From contig JAXGYI010000002.1 in NCBI GenBank assembly GCA_040772365.1, forward strand, positions 2,762 through 66,761: a stretch of 64,000 nucleotides of DNA, written 5' to 3'. Shown here piece after piece: positions 1 to 11,395 of the stretch. Every line of letters starts with the position of its first letter. Position 1 is the stretch's first letter. Made by a program: the position numbers and the translations under genes. This DNA is from Candidatus Moraniibacteriota bacterium. GTDB taxonomy: Bacteria > Patescibacteriota > Minisyncoccia > Moranbacterales > GCA-2747515. The notes under the pieces are model-generated. The model saw nothing but the letters and a program-made list of their open reading frames with translations, did not search any database and was not told the DNA's origin.

Positions 1-155
1 ATGATAAAGAGTGGTGCAATGATGAGAAAAATATCCAGCATGGGAAATATAATCACAGTAATCACTGATGTATTATACCACAAAACGTATCTTGACAGTC
101 ATGTGAGGCATGCTACGATGAACTACTACGTTATTACTCACTTAATTATTGCGCT

Positions 156-638
156 ATGCATAAAAATCCCATTGCCATCCTCCTGACGATTTTGGCACTT
201 ATCATCGTGATTGTTTTTCTCTACGCTATCTACAAAGTGTACACACAAAACGCTACGACACAAGATGCCATTGTGGGTGATTATGTGATCACGGACGATG
301 GTGCGGAAAACGTTGCACTACAAAGCGACGGCGGTGCATCACAACAAACGTCGCTACCGGCGCAAAAATCACTCACTGCACAGCAGGTGGTATCCGACGT
401 GATTGCTGCAGCGCAGCAGAATACTGCACAAGACGCGCCGCACACCACCTTTACACAAGAAGAGCCCACAGCATCACCCACGCCGTCTGCAACAACCGTC
501 ACGGTGCCGCAAGTGGTGACGCCTGCCACATCTCCCGCCACGGGTCCCGGCGCATGGGCTACCATTATTGCCGCGGCGGGCGCACTTGCGGCGTCAATGA
601 TCGGCTATAAAGTAGTGCATGCCGCACGTGTACGGTAA
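156..638 (+). CDS. hypothetical membrane-anchored protein, low-complexity Ala/Thr/Gln-rich
   Basis: ORF with N-terminal and C-terminal hydrophobic segments; no recognisable catalytic motif. Confidence 0.35.
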   Translation: MHKNPIAILLTILALIIVIVFLYAIYKVYTQNATTQDAIVGDYVITDDGAENVALQSDGGASQQTSLPAQKSLTAQQVVSDVIAAAQQNTAQDAPHTTFTQEEPTASPTPSATTVTVPQVVTPATSPATGPGAWATIIAAAGALAASMIGYKVVHAARVR

Positions 639-684
639 GCATGGACATGTCGCCACGGCATTTGTGGAAATAGCATCATCTTTT

Positions 685-1338
685 TTATCTCTTTCCATCC
701 CATTCTTGTAAAAATTCTTCCAAAAAGTTCTCCATAAAGCGATGACGGTGGTGCGCGATTTTTCGTGCGGTCTTGGTATTCATGCGATCTTGCAGAAGGA
801 GGAGTTTTTCATAGAAATGGTTGATGGTTGGGCCGGCATTGTTTTTGTATTGTCCGGAAGAGGTATGGTGTTGTGGTGGTATGGTCGGGTCGTGCATCAG
901 TCGGTTTTTTGTGCCGCCATAGGCAAAGGCACGCGCAATGCCGATGGCGCCAATGGCGTCCAATCGGTCGGCGTCTTGGACGATCATACCTTCCAGGGTG
1001 TCCATCGGCGTGGCAACGCCGGCACCTTTGAAAGAGAGGTTTCTGATGATGTCACAGATATGTGCGATTGTTTTGGGTTCTACGGACAATTCTTCCAACC
1101 ACTGTGCTGCCATGTTCGGTCCAATATCTTCGTTGCCATCGTGAAATTTCCAGTCCGCGATGTCATGCAGGAGTGCTGCCAATTCAACTACAAACAGATC
1201 GGCATGCTCTTGCGCGCCAATATGGAGAGCATTTTGCCACACGCGATACACATGCCACCAATCATGACCGGATGCCTCACCGTCGAGATGTGTTTTCATG
1301 CGTTCAGCGGTTTGTGTGATGATGCTTTTCTTATTCAT
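685..1338 (-). CDS. HD-domain metal-dependent phosphohydrolase
   Basis: H..HD motif (LLHDIADW) and a second downstream D (QDADRLDAIG), typical of HD superfamily/YedJ-like hydrolases. Confidence 0.6.
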   Translation of the reverse strand: MNKKSIITQTAERMKTHLDGEASGHDWWHVYRVWQNALHIGAQEHADLFVVELAALLHDIADWKFHDGNEDIGPNMAAQWLEELSVEPKTIAHICDIIRNLSFKGAGVATPMDTLEGMIVQDADRLDAIGAIGIARAFAYGGTKNRLMHDPTIPPQHHTSSGQYKNNAGPTINHFYEKLLLLQDRMNTKTARKIAHHRHRFMENFLEEFLQEWDGKR

Positions 1339-1644
1339 AGTTTATGAGGGATAACAATGTCTACTGAGAAATTACCACAGCCAATAATTGAGGTAATTGA
1401 GTATACCAAATAACGTACGGATAAAGCCAAGACGGTTGGGTGATCAAGTTTAAAATAAGACCGAATCGAGAACGCCAATGTTCCTATAAAATTACAGCTC
1501 TCCTTTTCATAATATAGCACTTAGTCTTCATAATTGTATAGTGGAGAGATAGTTTTACATCGGATTTTAGATCTATGTAGTTTTCTCTTTCCAAAACACT
1601 GCGCATGATTGCTTTCATGGGAATCCTGGGGTATACTTGGCTTT

Positions 1645-3450
1645 ATGAAAAACATCCGAAATTTTTGCATTATCGCGCATATTGACCATGGGAAATCCAC
1701 CTTGTCGGATCGGCTTTTGGAGGTGACGGGGACAGTGGAAAGGCGCAAGATGAAAGAGCAGCTGTTGGATACAATGGACTTGGAACAGGAGCGTGGGATT
1801 ACCATCAAATTGACGCCCGTGCAGATGCACTACCGCTACAAAGATACGGACTATACACTCAATCTGATTGACACGCCGGGGCACGTGGACTTTGCTTATG
1901 AAGTGTCGCGTAGCTTGGCGGCGGTGGAAGGAGCAATTCTCTTGGTTGATGCGTCACAGGGTGTGCAGGCGCAGACGTTGACAAACTTGTACGTGGCACT
2001 AGAGCATGATTTGGAGATCATTCCCGTGCTCAACAAGATTGACCTGCCTAGTGCCGATGTCCCCAAAGTGACAAAAGAGGTCATGCATATTTTGGGATGC
2101 GCGGAAGAAGACATCTTGGCAGTGAGCGGTAAGACGGGGGAGGGCGTGGAAGCGTTGCTACAGCGTGTAATTGACAAAGTGCCGGCGCCACAGGGTGATC
2201 CCGACAGTGCACTGCGTGCGCTCATTTTTGACAGTGTCTACGACGCCTATAAGGGTGTACTTGCCTATGTGCGGATTATAGACGGGCGCATTGGTAAGCA
2301 CGATGACATTCATATGATGGCAACCATGAAGGATAGCGGTGTAGTGGAGCTAGGACACTTTCGTCCACAGTATGTATCGTGCGACAGTTTAACAACTGGT
2401 GATATCGGCTACATTGCCACGGGATTCAAAACGGTAGTGGAGTGTAAGGTGGGTGATACGGTTACTATTAAGAAAAGCGGCAAAGAAAAAACGTATGATG
2501 ACGTGGCGCAGTTGCCCGGCTATCGTGTGGTTAAGCCGATGGTTTATGCGAGTTTTTACCCTACGGATGGCGGAGAATATAATGTAATGCGCGACGCCAT
2601 GGATAAACTCACGTTGAATGATGGCGCATTTCGTTTTGAACCGGAAAACAACAAAGCGCTAGGGCGCGGGTTTCGATGCGGATTTTTAGGACTGCTTCAC
2701 TTGGAAATTATTCAAGCGCGCTTAGAGCGAGAATTTGGGTTATCGCCGACGATTACTACGCCAAGTGTGGTATACAAGGTGCGCAAGAAAAACAGTGACA
2801 CCTTGGTGGAAATCTACTCTGCCACAGAACTTCCCGATCCGTCAACGATTGATGAAGTGCGCGAGCCATATGCACGGCTGGAAATTATCACACCGTCGCA
2901 GTATTTGGGCAATGTGATGGAGCTTATGGGCACGACGCGCGCTGAATATCTCTCTACGGACTACATTGACGCCGACCGCGTGCAACTTTCTTTTGATGCA
3001 CCACTGATGGATGTGATAGTGGACTTTCACGATCAACTCAAGAGCGTGACGAGCGGTTATGCATCCATGAACTATGAGCCGACGGGCTATCGTGCAAGCG
3101 AGTTGGTGAAGCTGGACATTATGGTGGCGGGCGAAGTGATTGATGCGTTTGCGCGCATTGTACCAAAAAACGACGCCTACCACATCGGCAAGGCGACGGT
3201 AGATGCTCTCAAAGATGTCCTACCACGCCAAAACTTTGCCGTGGCGATTCAAGCCGCCATTGGCGCAAAGGTAATTGCCCGCGCCACATTGAGCGCATTT
3301 CGCAAGGACGTGACAGCAGGGCTCTATGGCGGTGATGTTACGCGCAAGCGCAAACTTTTGGAAAAGCAGAAAAAAGGCAAGAAGCGTGCTCAGCAATCCG
3401 GAAGCGTGGAGATTCCACCGGAAGCCTTTCTGAAGGTGTTGCGGAAGTAG
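1645..3450 (+). CDS. lepA: elongation factor 4 (LepA)
   Basis: IAHIDHGKST G1 motif, [13 protein letters not shown], full-length LepA-like C-terminus; start moved to MKNIRNF. Confidence 0.92.
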   Translation: MKNIRNFCIIAHIDHGKSTLSDRLLEVTGTVERRKMKEQLLDTMDLEQERGITIKLTPVQMHYRYKDTDYTLNLIDTPGHVDFAYEVSRSLAAVEGAILLVDASQGVQAQTLTNLYVALEHDLEIIPVLNKIDLPSADVPKVTKEVMHILGCAEEDILAVSGKTGEGVEALLQRVIDKVPAPQGDPDSALRALIFDSVYDAYKGVLAYVRIIDGRIGKHDDIHMMATMKDSGVVELGHFRPQYVSCDSLTTGDIGYIATGFKTVVECKVGDTVTIKKSGKEKTYDDVAQLPGYRVVKPMVYASFYPTDGGEYNVMRDAMDKLTLNDGAFRFEPENNKALGRGFRCGFLGLLHLEIIQARLEREFGLSPTITTPSVVYKVRKKNSDTLVEIYSATELPDPSTIDEVREPYARLEIITPSQYLGNVMELMGTTRAEYLSTDYIDADRVQLSFDAPLMDVIVDFHDQLKSVTSGYASMNYEPTGYRASELVKLDIMVAGEVIDAFARIVPKNDAYHIGKATVDALKDVLPRQNFAVAIQAAIGAKVIARATLSAFRKDVTAGLYGGDVTRKRKLLEKQKKGKKRAQQSGSVEIPPEAFLKVLRK

Positions 3451-3762
3451 TCCATACACTTAACAGGTGTCTGGTTCTAATATACATCAGAAAAGATTAT
3501 TGGTATTTTTATTTTTCATTTATACAAATGTCTACTGTGAAATGCATTTGTATCACAATCTTGATCTGTAGTATAGCGATGAATCTATAGATGCATCATA
3601 AAGTAAAACATATAGATGAAAATCCCTGTAGGCGAAGGAGTTGTTGTATTAAAATATTTTTTGCTACTTGATTTTTTTTGAATAGATGTTAAGATGCGTA
3701 GTTGTTTTTTAACAGTATGTTTGGCACACTCACCACGATATTCGACTACACAGGAGGAAGGC

Positions 3763-4761
3763 ATGGGATGGCGCATTGGGCTACTGAAAGCCTCGTACAG
3801 AAATCACTTGTTTTACTCAACTATCAACAAAAAAATGATGAAAGAAGTGCATCATATCACATCAGATGCAGCAGGTAGTCTGAGCAGCATCAATGTGGAC
3901 GGTATTTTGCGAAAAAACAACCTAGAAGTTGTGGAAAAAGAGTTTTTTCGCAACAAGAAAAATGTGCTCCGCGTGAAGGACGACTGCGGGAATCCGCTCA
4001 TCCTCAAGATCGGGGTGAGTGAAGTGCAAATGCGCTTGATGCGCAATCTACAGTGCATGGGGGGCTATTTGTGCTTCCGTGTCCCGCCCATTGTTGCTGC
4101 GGGCGAAGATTGGATGCTTATGGAGGAGGTGCAAGGACAGTTCTTGCACGAGCTCTATGAGGATAGTCCTGGTTTTTGTATAGAGATCAGTCGTCGTATT
4201 GCCAACGACTATCAGCATATCGCGATATCCATCGACAACAGAAATTTGTCTGGAGATTTGCTGCAGGTGGGGCAAATGCGACTGTACTCCCGGCTCAACA
4301 TCTGGAGTAAGCCGCTTGTTGATGCGGGGTTGATTGATTTTACTCTTGTGCAGCAGATTGCACAAGAATTCCAAAAAATTGTTGCCCGCAAAGGTGAGGA
4401 CTTCTTTGCGTGGGTTCATGGTAATATTATTGGCGACCACGTTATCATGAAGGATGATCTCCCGTATCTTCTTGACCTAGAGAGCGTGCCATGGGTCGGG
4501 CGGGGATACTACGATCTCCTGCGAGCATTGGACTTCATGTTCCTCATGTCGCAGGATGCGGAACGGATGCGTGTCGCCATCCCTCAATGGATCAACATGT
4601 ATACCCATCACCATAATCAAGAAGAAGTGCGACTTGTATTTGCGCTGCGCAACATCGGGATTTTGGGATGGGATATTCTCCACAACTCCGTGCCGTATGT
4701 GGTGGGGGATATTGAAAAGAAGAAGGAGATTGCACTGCAGTTCATCAAGAGAGAGTATTAA
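3763..4761 (+). CDS. kinase-like phosphotransferase (APH/ChoK/CotS-like fold)
   Basis: AGGAGG SD 6 nt upstream of ATG at 3763; Brenner-like HGNIIGDHVI and DLE motif (LLDLESV) resembling HGDxxxxN ... DxE of aminoglycoside/choline kinase family. Confidence 0.5.
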   Translation: MGWRIGLLKASYRNHLFYSTINKKMMKEVHHITSDAAGSLSSINVDGILRKNNLEVVEKEFFRNKKNVLRVKDDCGNPLILKIGVSEVQMRLMRNLQCMGGYLCFRVPPIVAAGEDWMLMEEVQGQFLHELYEDSPGFCIEISRRIANDYQHIAISIDNRNLSGDLLQVGQMRLYSRLNIWSKPLVDAGLIDFTLVQQIAQEFQKIVARKGEDFFAWVHGNIIGDHVIMKDDLPYLLDLESVPWVGRGYYDLLRALDFMFLMSQDAERMRVAIPQWINMYTHHHNQEEVRLVFALRNIGILGWDILHNSVPYVVGDIEKKKEIALQFIKREY

Positions 4762-4774
4762 CTTGGTGAACGGC

Positions 4775-4826
4775 GACGAGGCGGTGTTGGGAATATTTTC
4801 CCGACGCCGCTTTTTACACTTTTCGC
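4775..4826 (+). terminator. compound hairpin + T-run after kinase-like gene
   Basis: cggcg...GGGAAtattTTCCC...cgccg followed by cttttt. Confidence 0.35.
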
Positions 4827-4911
4827 CGTATGCTGCACAAGTTTCTCTGGTCAATGAGCGTGTGGTAAAGGCGCGATGCAGTAACATGATTCGTAAGCAC
4901 TTATGTGCCTC

Positions 4912-4939
4912 TTGACAAGATTTTTTGTCTATGTATAAT
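4912..4939 (+). promoter_or_regulatory. sigma70-type promoter (TTGACA-16-TATAAT, TG adjacent) upstream of 16S
   Basis: cTTGACAagattttttgtctatgTATAATg, about 480 nt upstream of the 16S 5' end. Confidence 0.6.
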
Positions 4940-5409
4940 GGGGAGTAGCAATTAAGAATACAACAGCAAAAGCGTATCGTTGACTCCATTCCGACGGGTG
5001 AAAGAATGATACATCTCCGGACGTGCGCCTGTGGGCGTGTTAGCATGAGTGGAGATGTGTTTTTCTTTCCGTCACAGGGGCGGACGAAAAACGAGACCTT
5101 TAACAACTAAAGACGATCGTCACATGCCACCGAGTACACAACATGGTATGTGGCGACACTAGCAAAACTAAACTGCAAGAAATGTACCATTTTGGTGACT
5201 GTTTTTTGTGGTTAGTCCTAAACAACACCGTCGCAGAAATGCGACAGTGACGATCTATCTTTTGAGTCAGATATGACACTTGTCATATCTGTTCGGCACA
5301 CGCCGGACAAACAAACTTACACATAGGCATCTGCGCAAGCAGGGAACCTATGACGTCCCACCAACTGTTGATACGAGCAGGGGACGGTCAATCATCTGAT
5401 TGATATCGT

Positions 5410-6948
<1,539 letters not shown>

Positions 6949-6950
6949 CT

Positions 6951-7076
6951 AGGGAGATAAGGTGACGAGAGTTGATGGTCAACATCAGGTTCTCAAAACC
7001 CATAAGGTCGTTTGCACATCTTTTAGTGTGCAATCGCGACTCAAGATAGACGTATAGGACTAACCGCAAAAGACAG
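6951..7076 (+). repeat. direct repeat copy 1 (about 126 bp) immediately 3' of 16S
   Basis: AGGGAGATAAGGTGACGAGAGTTGATGGTCAACATCAGG...AAAAGACAG; near-identical copy at 15604-15729 (2 mismatches). Confidence 0.9.
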
Positions 7077-7101
7077 AATATATCTTGTTAGAAACAAGAA
7101 A

Positions 7102-7125
7102 ATCGTTATTTGTAACGATTTTTTT
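7102..7125 (+). terminator. intrinsic terminator 1 downstream of 16S
   Basis: atcgtta-tttg-taacgat stem followed by TTTTTT. Confidence 0.6.
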
Positions 7126-7173
7126 GTTTTTGTGTGCTTCCATATTGTATTGGCTGGTACACATCATTTTGTC

Positions 7174-7197
7174 AACCGGCCATAAGCCGGTTTTTTT
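7174..7197 (+). terminator. intrinsic terminator 2 downstream of 16S
   Basis: aaccggc-cataa-gccggtt stem followed by TTTTTTT. Confidence 0.6.
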
Positions 7198-7419
7198 GAC
7201 TTGCGCACGTAGTGCTTGTGGTCTGTGTACAGCAATACACAATCACAAGCGCTGCGTGGGCTGGTTATATGTCCGGCTAATATATCACCGTCCAAGGCAT
7301 ATTGGGTGGACAAATAACCAGCTAAAAACGATAAATTGCTCATATTTGTAAGATTTGATATATTTATTATAAGAAACCTAAAATACTCTGCTATATAATA
7401 ATAACAAAAACTTTCAACT

Positions 7420-7635
7420 ATGAATGAAGGCAGATTTGAACAATTTGTTAGCCAGCCGGAATTGGAAGAAAAACTTAAAAAAGCTCCAAGGAAACAAAGA
7501 ATATTTTTGATGAGCTTGAGAGTGAAAAAAGAAATGAATCATTTATTAATGAAGATAAATCTAAAAATGAAAAAAGTGCAAACAAGAGAGACCTTAGAAA
7601 GAAAACTGCAGGTTTTATTGAAAAAGATGGTGTAA
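7420..7635 (+). CDS. small Lys/Glu-rich ORF, possibly the 5' part of a frameshifted gene
   Basis: ORF overlapped by a frame-3 ORF open from 7479; several A6 runs at the overlap. Confidence 0.25.
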   Translation: MNEGRFEQFVSQPELEEKLKKAPRKQRIFLMSLRVKKEMNHLLMKINLKMKKVQTRETLERKLQVLLKKMV

Positions 7636-8087
7636 TAATAAAAAAAGAAAAGAGGCATACAGGCAAAGGAATTGATTCAGTTCGCCATCCTAAAGGTGAA
7701 ATCTCGACAGCCAGTAAATATGAGCAATTGCAAAAAGAATTAGAAGATCATGGCATGAGTCATCCGGGTGAGTGGCGTAAAACCTATGATGAAGATTTTG
7801 AAAGTGCTATCCATAAAAATTTTGACGCATTATACACTTATCTTGAGGGTGAAAAAAGGGTCTCTGACAAAGAAAAAATAAAAGCATTTAGCGAGACTGA
7901 AGACAGCATAGAACGGCTGGAGCTTTTGAGGTCTATGTCGCTTACTGATGCGGTTAAATGCTTGCGAGATTATGCTGACAACCCGGGACAATTCCGCTAC
8001 CTGGCCAATCGTTTGGATTTTTATCAAAAGTTATTTCAAGGCAAAGCAACACGTTTTATTCTCAATTATCACGACAGAAGCAAATAG
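7479..8087 (+). pseudogene. hypothetical ORF with no canonical start (TTG at 7728 or frameshifted continuation of 7420 ORF)
   Basis: open frame from the stop at 7476-7478 to 8087 with no ATG before 7755; overlaps the SRAP-like remnant in another frame. Confidence 0.3.
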
Positions 8088-8289
8088 TCTTGTTGGAAAA
8101 ATTCATGATAGCATACCAGTTATTCTGAGAAAAGATGAGGAAAAACAATGGCTTGATACGCATATGAAAGATGATGAAATCATGCAATACTTGAACAAAT
8201 ATACAAGTGAAAATATGAACGTGTACGATATATCCACATTAGTAAACAGCCCACATAATGATATGTCCGATGTTTTGCTTCCTGCATAA
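8005..8289 (+). pseudogene. C-terminal remnant of an SRAP (YedK/HMCES-like SOS-response-associated peptidase) domain
   Basis: FSIITTEAN..GKIHDSIPVIL..WLD....STLVNSPHND matches the SRAP C-terminal consensus (tftIlTt.an..iHdRmPvil..WL..pVs..VNsp.nd); the N-terminal part with the Cys2 nucleophile is missing. Confidence 0.4.
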
Positions 8290-8394
8290 ATATAATTCTA
8301 CATGTACCATTTTTGTATGAGTCAGTTCTAATGGTTGACTAGAAATGAAATAATGTATACACTATAGTGATATTTTTATTGTTGTAATTTATAT

Positions 8395-9502
8395 ATGGTT
8401 CCAGATTATATTCTGCAAATAATAAAAAAAGATATAAAGAGCATGAAGGGTCGCAATGGTAATTTTGTTGTCCCAAATTATAAGCCAGAAACTCATTATT
8501 TGGACCTGACTAGCAGTAACTACTATTTTGCTCTTCTGTGTATCAGAAACCATATTAAGCTAATTTCAGACCACTATTTCAATACTATTATCGGCGCGAA
8601 GAATATTGACCTTTTTATGCTTACGCCAAGCATATCATCTCCAATGGGGCCTGGCTCAGATTCGGAAGCAATTCCAATAACATTTGGCAAACTCAGTTCA
8701 TATCTTGTTGACTCATCACAATTTGGTTTTGAGCCTTTGATTTTAAATGGGTTAGACAAAGTATATTGCTATCTTCCATCAATGAGGGGGGAGGATTATG
8801 ATAATCGTCATCTAAATCAATTCTATCACTGTGAAATGGAGATGGCGGGTACACGTGAAGAGATGAAGAAGATCATCGAAGGTTATATTAAAATTCTTTC
8901 TGAAACATTATTGGAGGCGAAGGAAATAGTTGCTCTGATATCAGTTAATCCTAAAGTATCAATTGCAGTTTTAGAAGAGTTGGTCAAACAAGGTAAATTT
9001 GCGGAATTCACTTTTGATGAAGCTGTTGAACTTTTAGAAAAGAATGGTAAAAAACATCTTGTAAATTATACGAATACAGGTAGGGATATTAGTTCGGATG
9101 GTGAAATTGAATTGATGAAGATTATAAATCATAGATTACCTATTTGGTTGAATGACTTTGATAGAGATAGGGTGCCATTTTATCAAAAACCACAAGCAGA
9201 CAAAGTTATTGCGTCCGATTTGTTATTTACCCCCATTGCAAGAAGGTGCTTTTGGTGGTGAGATAGTTGGCTGTGGTCAGCGGCAAGATACAGCTGATGA
9301 AATTTACGAATCTTTAAAAAGACAGGGCCTTAATGCTGAACCTTATGAATGGTATATTAATTTGCGAAGACAAGAAAACTATGACACATCATCAGGGTTT
9401 GGATTCGGCGTAGAGCGTTTTATTACATGGGCATTGGGCATGAATGATATTAAGAATGCCATTATTTATCCTAGATTAAAAAATATTGATACTAAGCCTT
9501 AA
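8395..9502 (+). pseudogene. class-II aaRS-like amino-acid ligase (AsnRS/AspRS-type catalytic core, no anticodon-binding domain), frameshifted
   Basis: motif-2-like RGEDYDNRHLNQFYHCEME, then DLLFTP | LQEGAFGGEIVGCGQR and motif 3 GFGFGVERFITWALG; the two halves are in frames 1 and 2 and are joined by removing one C from the C5 run at 9230-9234. Confidence 0.65.
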
Positions 9503-9507
9503 TTAAT

Positions 9508-10347
9508 ATGTTTATGAATTCGTTCAATATTGATGAATTGGATTATTCCAAATTAGTGTCCATAGTTAAAGAGCGTAATCGTCCGTCCGGTGGTATTAAA
9601 ACAGTACATGAGGTTGCAGTAAATGCATTTGTGGATTCTTCAAAAAAAATGCTTGAAATTGGAAGTAATACAGGCTTTACAAGTGTTAATATGAGTCTTT
9701 TGACGGGATGTGATGTTACGGGTATTGATATTAATCAAGGGTCTGTAGATGAATCCATCGCATATGCTAAACGCAATGGTGTGGAGAAAAATACAAAATT
9801 TCAAGTTGCATCTGCAACAGAAATACCATTTGATGACAAATATTTTGATATAGTGTGGAGCAGCAATGTTACCTCATTCATAGATGATAAAAGTGCGGCA
9901 ATCAGAGAGTATTTACGAGTTCTTAAAGTGGGAGGTATTTTAGTTGTGGTGCCAATATATTATCATAGTGAACCTCCTGCGGATGTGATACGCAGTGTAT
10001 CAAAAGCAATTGGTGCTGAAGTAAAAGTTTGGGATGAGAAATTTTGGATTGACCAAGTACAAAAAAGTGCACCACAAGATGAGAATTTTGTTCAACTCAT
10101 ATATAAGTCATCGTATCGATACGACGATAAAAGTGATAGTGTGAGCAGCTATGTGGATGAAATATTTAACAAAGAACATTTAATTGCATATTCTGATGAA
10201 GCAAAAATGATGCTAAAGAATCGATATGCAAAATATATGGACATTTTTAATACCAACTTGCAGTACGCACAGTATTCGGTGCTATTATTCCAAAAACGAA
10301 ATGAGGCAGAAGAAGTGGAGCTTTTTACAACAAAGAAAAATAATTAG
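9508..10347 (+). CDS. class I SAM-dependent methyltransferase
   Basis: motif I LEIGSNTGF, motif II FDIVWSSNV, motif III LKVGGILVV. Confidence 0.7.
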   Translation: MFMNSFNIDELDYSKLVSIVKERNRPSGGIKTVHEVAVNAFVDSSKKMLEIGSNTGFTSVNMSLLTGCDVTGIDINQGSVDESIAYAKRNGVEKNTKFQVASATEIPFDDKYFDIVWSSNVTSFIDDKSAAIREYLRVLKVGGILVVVPIYYHSEPPADVIRSVSKAIGAEVKVWDEKFWIDQVQKSAPQDENFVQLIYKSSYRYDDKSDSVSSYVDEIFNKEHLIAYSDEAKMMLKNRYAKYMDIFNTNLQYAQYSVLLFQKRNEAEEVELFTTKKNN

Positions 10348-10361
10348 TAAAAGCTCATGCT

Positions 10362-11378
10362 ATGAGTGAAATTTTAAAACCACCATGTTTAAAAAAAGGT
10401 GACACTATTGCAATTGTGAGCCCGTCTTCAACAATTCAGCCATTTCCTCGACGTACAAAGCGTTCTGTAGGTTATTTGGAGAGCAAAGGATATAAGGTTG
10501 TATTTATGCCAAATGCCAAAAAAAATGATGGTTATAGTGGTGGCACTGCTCAAGAGCGTGCAGATGATATTAATAAGGCATTCCTCGATAAAAAGATAGA
10601 TGCGATTCTGTGCTCAACCGGTGGTTTAACAGCCAATGCTATTCTTCCATATATAAATTATGATCTTATTCATAAAAATCCAAAGATTTTTTGTGGATAT
10701 TCTGACATCACAACTCTTCTTTTGATGATTACATCAAAAGCAAATATTGTTACATATCATGGACCAACGCTCTTGCCGAGTTTTGGAGAATATGAAGGGT
10801 CAATTGGATTTACTTTTGATAGCTTTGAAAAGATGCTTTCTTCTAAAAAGGCATGTGGCGTACTTCCAACTGCGCATGAAATCGTTGCAAATAATCAATA
10901 TTGGGACAAAGAAGATGTTGAGTCGCTTGAGATGAAAGAGGCTGAGGATATCAAGTCTTTTGGAAAATCACGAAAAATCAGTGGAAAAGTATTTGGTGGT
11001 AATTTACAAACATTTACAATGTTGATGCATGATAAGGGATTTTTTGACCTAGAGGACACCATACTTTTATTGGAAGAAGAAGGTCTATCAACTGATTGGT
11101 ACGAGCGATATATCACTGAGCTTGAAAGATTGGGTATCTTTGAAAAAATTAATGGTATTATTTTTGCAAAGCCAAGCAATAGCTACAAAGAACCAAATAA
11201 AAAAATAAGAAATCTCGACCATATTTTGCGTGAAATATCTGATAAATATGACTTGGGAATCTTGAGTAATGTTGATTGTGGCCACACAAAACCATTATTG
11301 ACGATTCCACTTGGCATTGACGCTGAAATTGATACAAAAGCAAGAACTTTATCAATAAAGGATGCAGCAGTCTGCTAA
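10362..11378 (+). CDS. S66 family LD-carboxypeptidase (LdcA/MccF-like)
   Basis: IAIVSPSS N-terminal strand, GYSDITTLL Ser-nucleophile motif, C-terminal CGHTKP His motif. Confidence 0.65.
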   Translation: MSEILKPPCLKKGDTIAIVSPSSTIQPFPRRTKRSVGYLESKGYKVVFMPNAKKNDGYSGGTAQERADDINKAFLDKKIDAILCSTGGLTANAILPYINYDLIHKNPKIFCGYSDITTLLLMITSKANIVTYHGPTLLPSFGEYEGSIGFTFDSFEKMLSSKKACGVLPTAHEIVANNQYWDKEDVESLEMKEAEDIKSFGKSRKISGKVFGGNLQTFTMLMHDKGFFDLEDTILLLEEEGLSTDWYERYITELERLGIFEKINGIIFAKPSNSYKEPNKKIRNLDHILREISDKYDLGILSNVDCGHTKPLLTIPLGIDAEIDTKARTLSIKDAAVC

Positions 11379-11395
11379 TTATTATCATTGATATT

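Noticed and set aside
742-1347. Plus-strand ORFs (742-1347, 828-1031, 938-1144, 1062-1319) antisense to the HD-domain gene
   Set aside because: The minus-strand frame carries the HD motifs. The plus-strand frames are Arg/Cys-rich nonsense typical of antisense reading.
6949-7400. 23S rRNA start after 16S
   Set aside because: The sequence after 16S has no 23S 5' conserved motifs and contains two terminators and AT-rich island DNA.
7948-8289. Full 113-aa ORF as an intact gene
   Set aside because: Only the C-terminal portion matches the SRAP domain. The N-terminal catalytic part is missing, and it overlaps another open frame. It is treated as a remnant.
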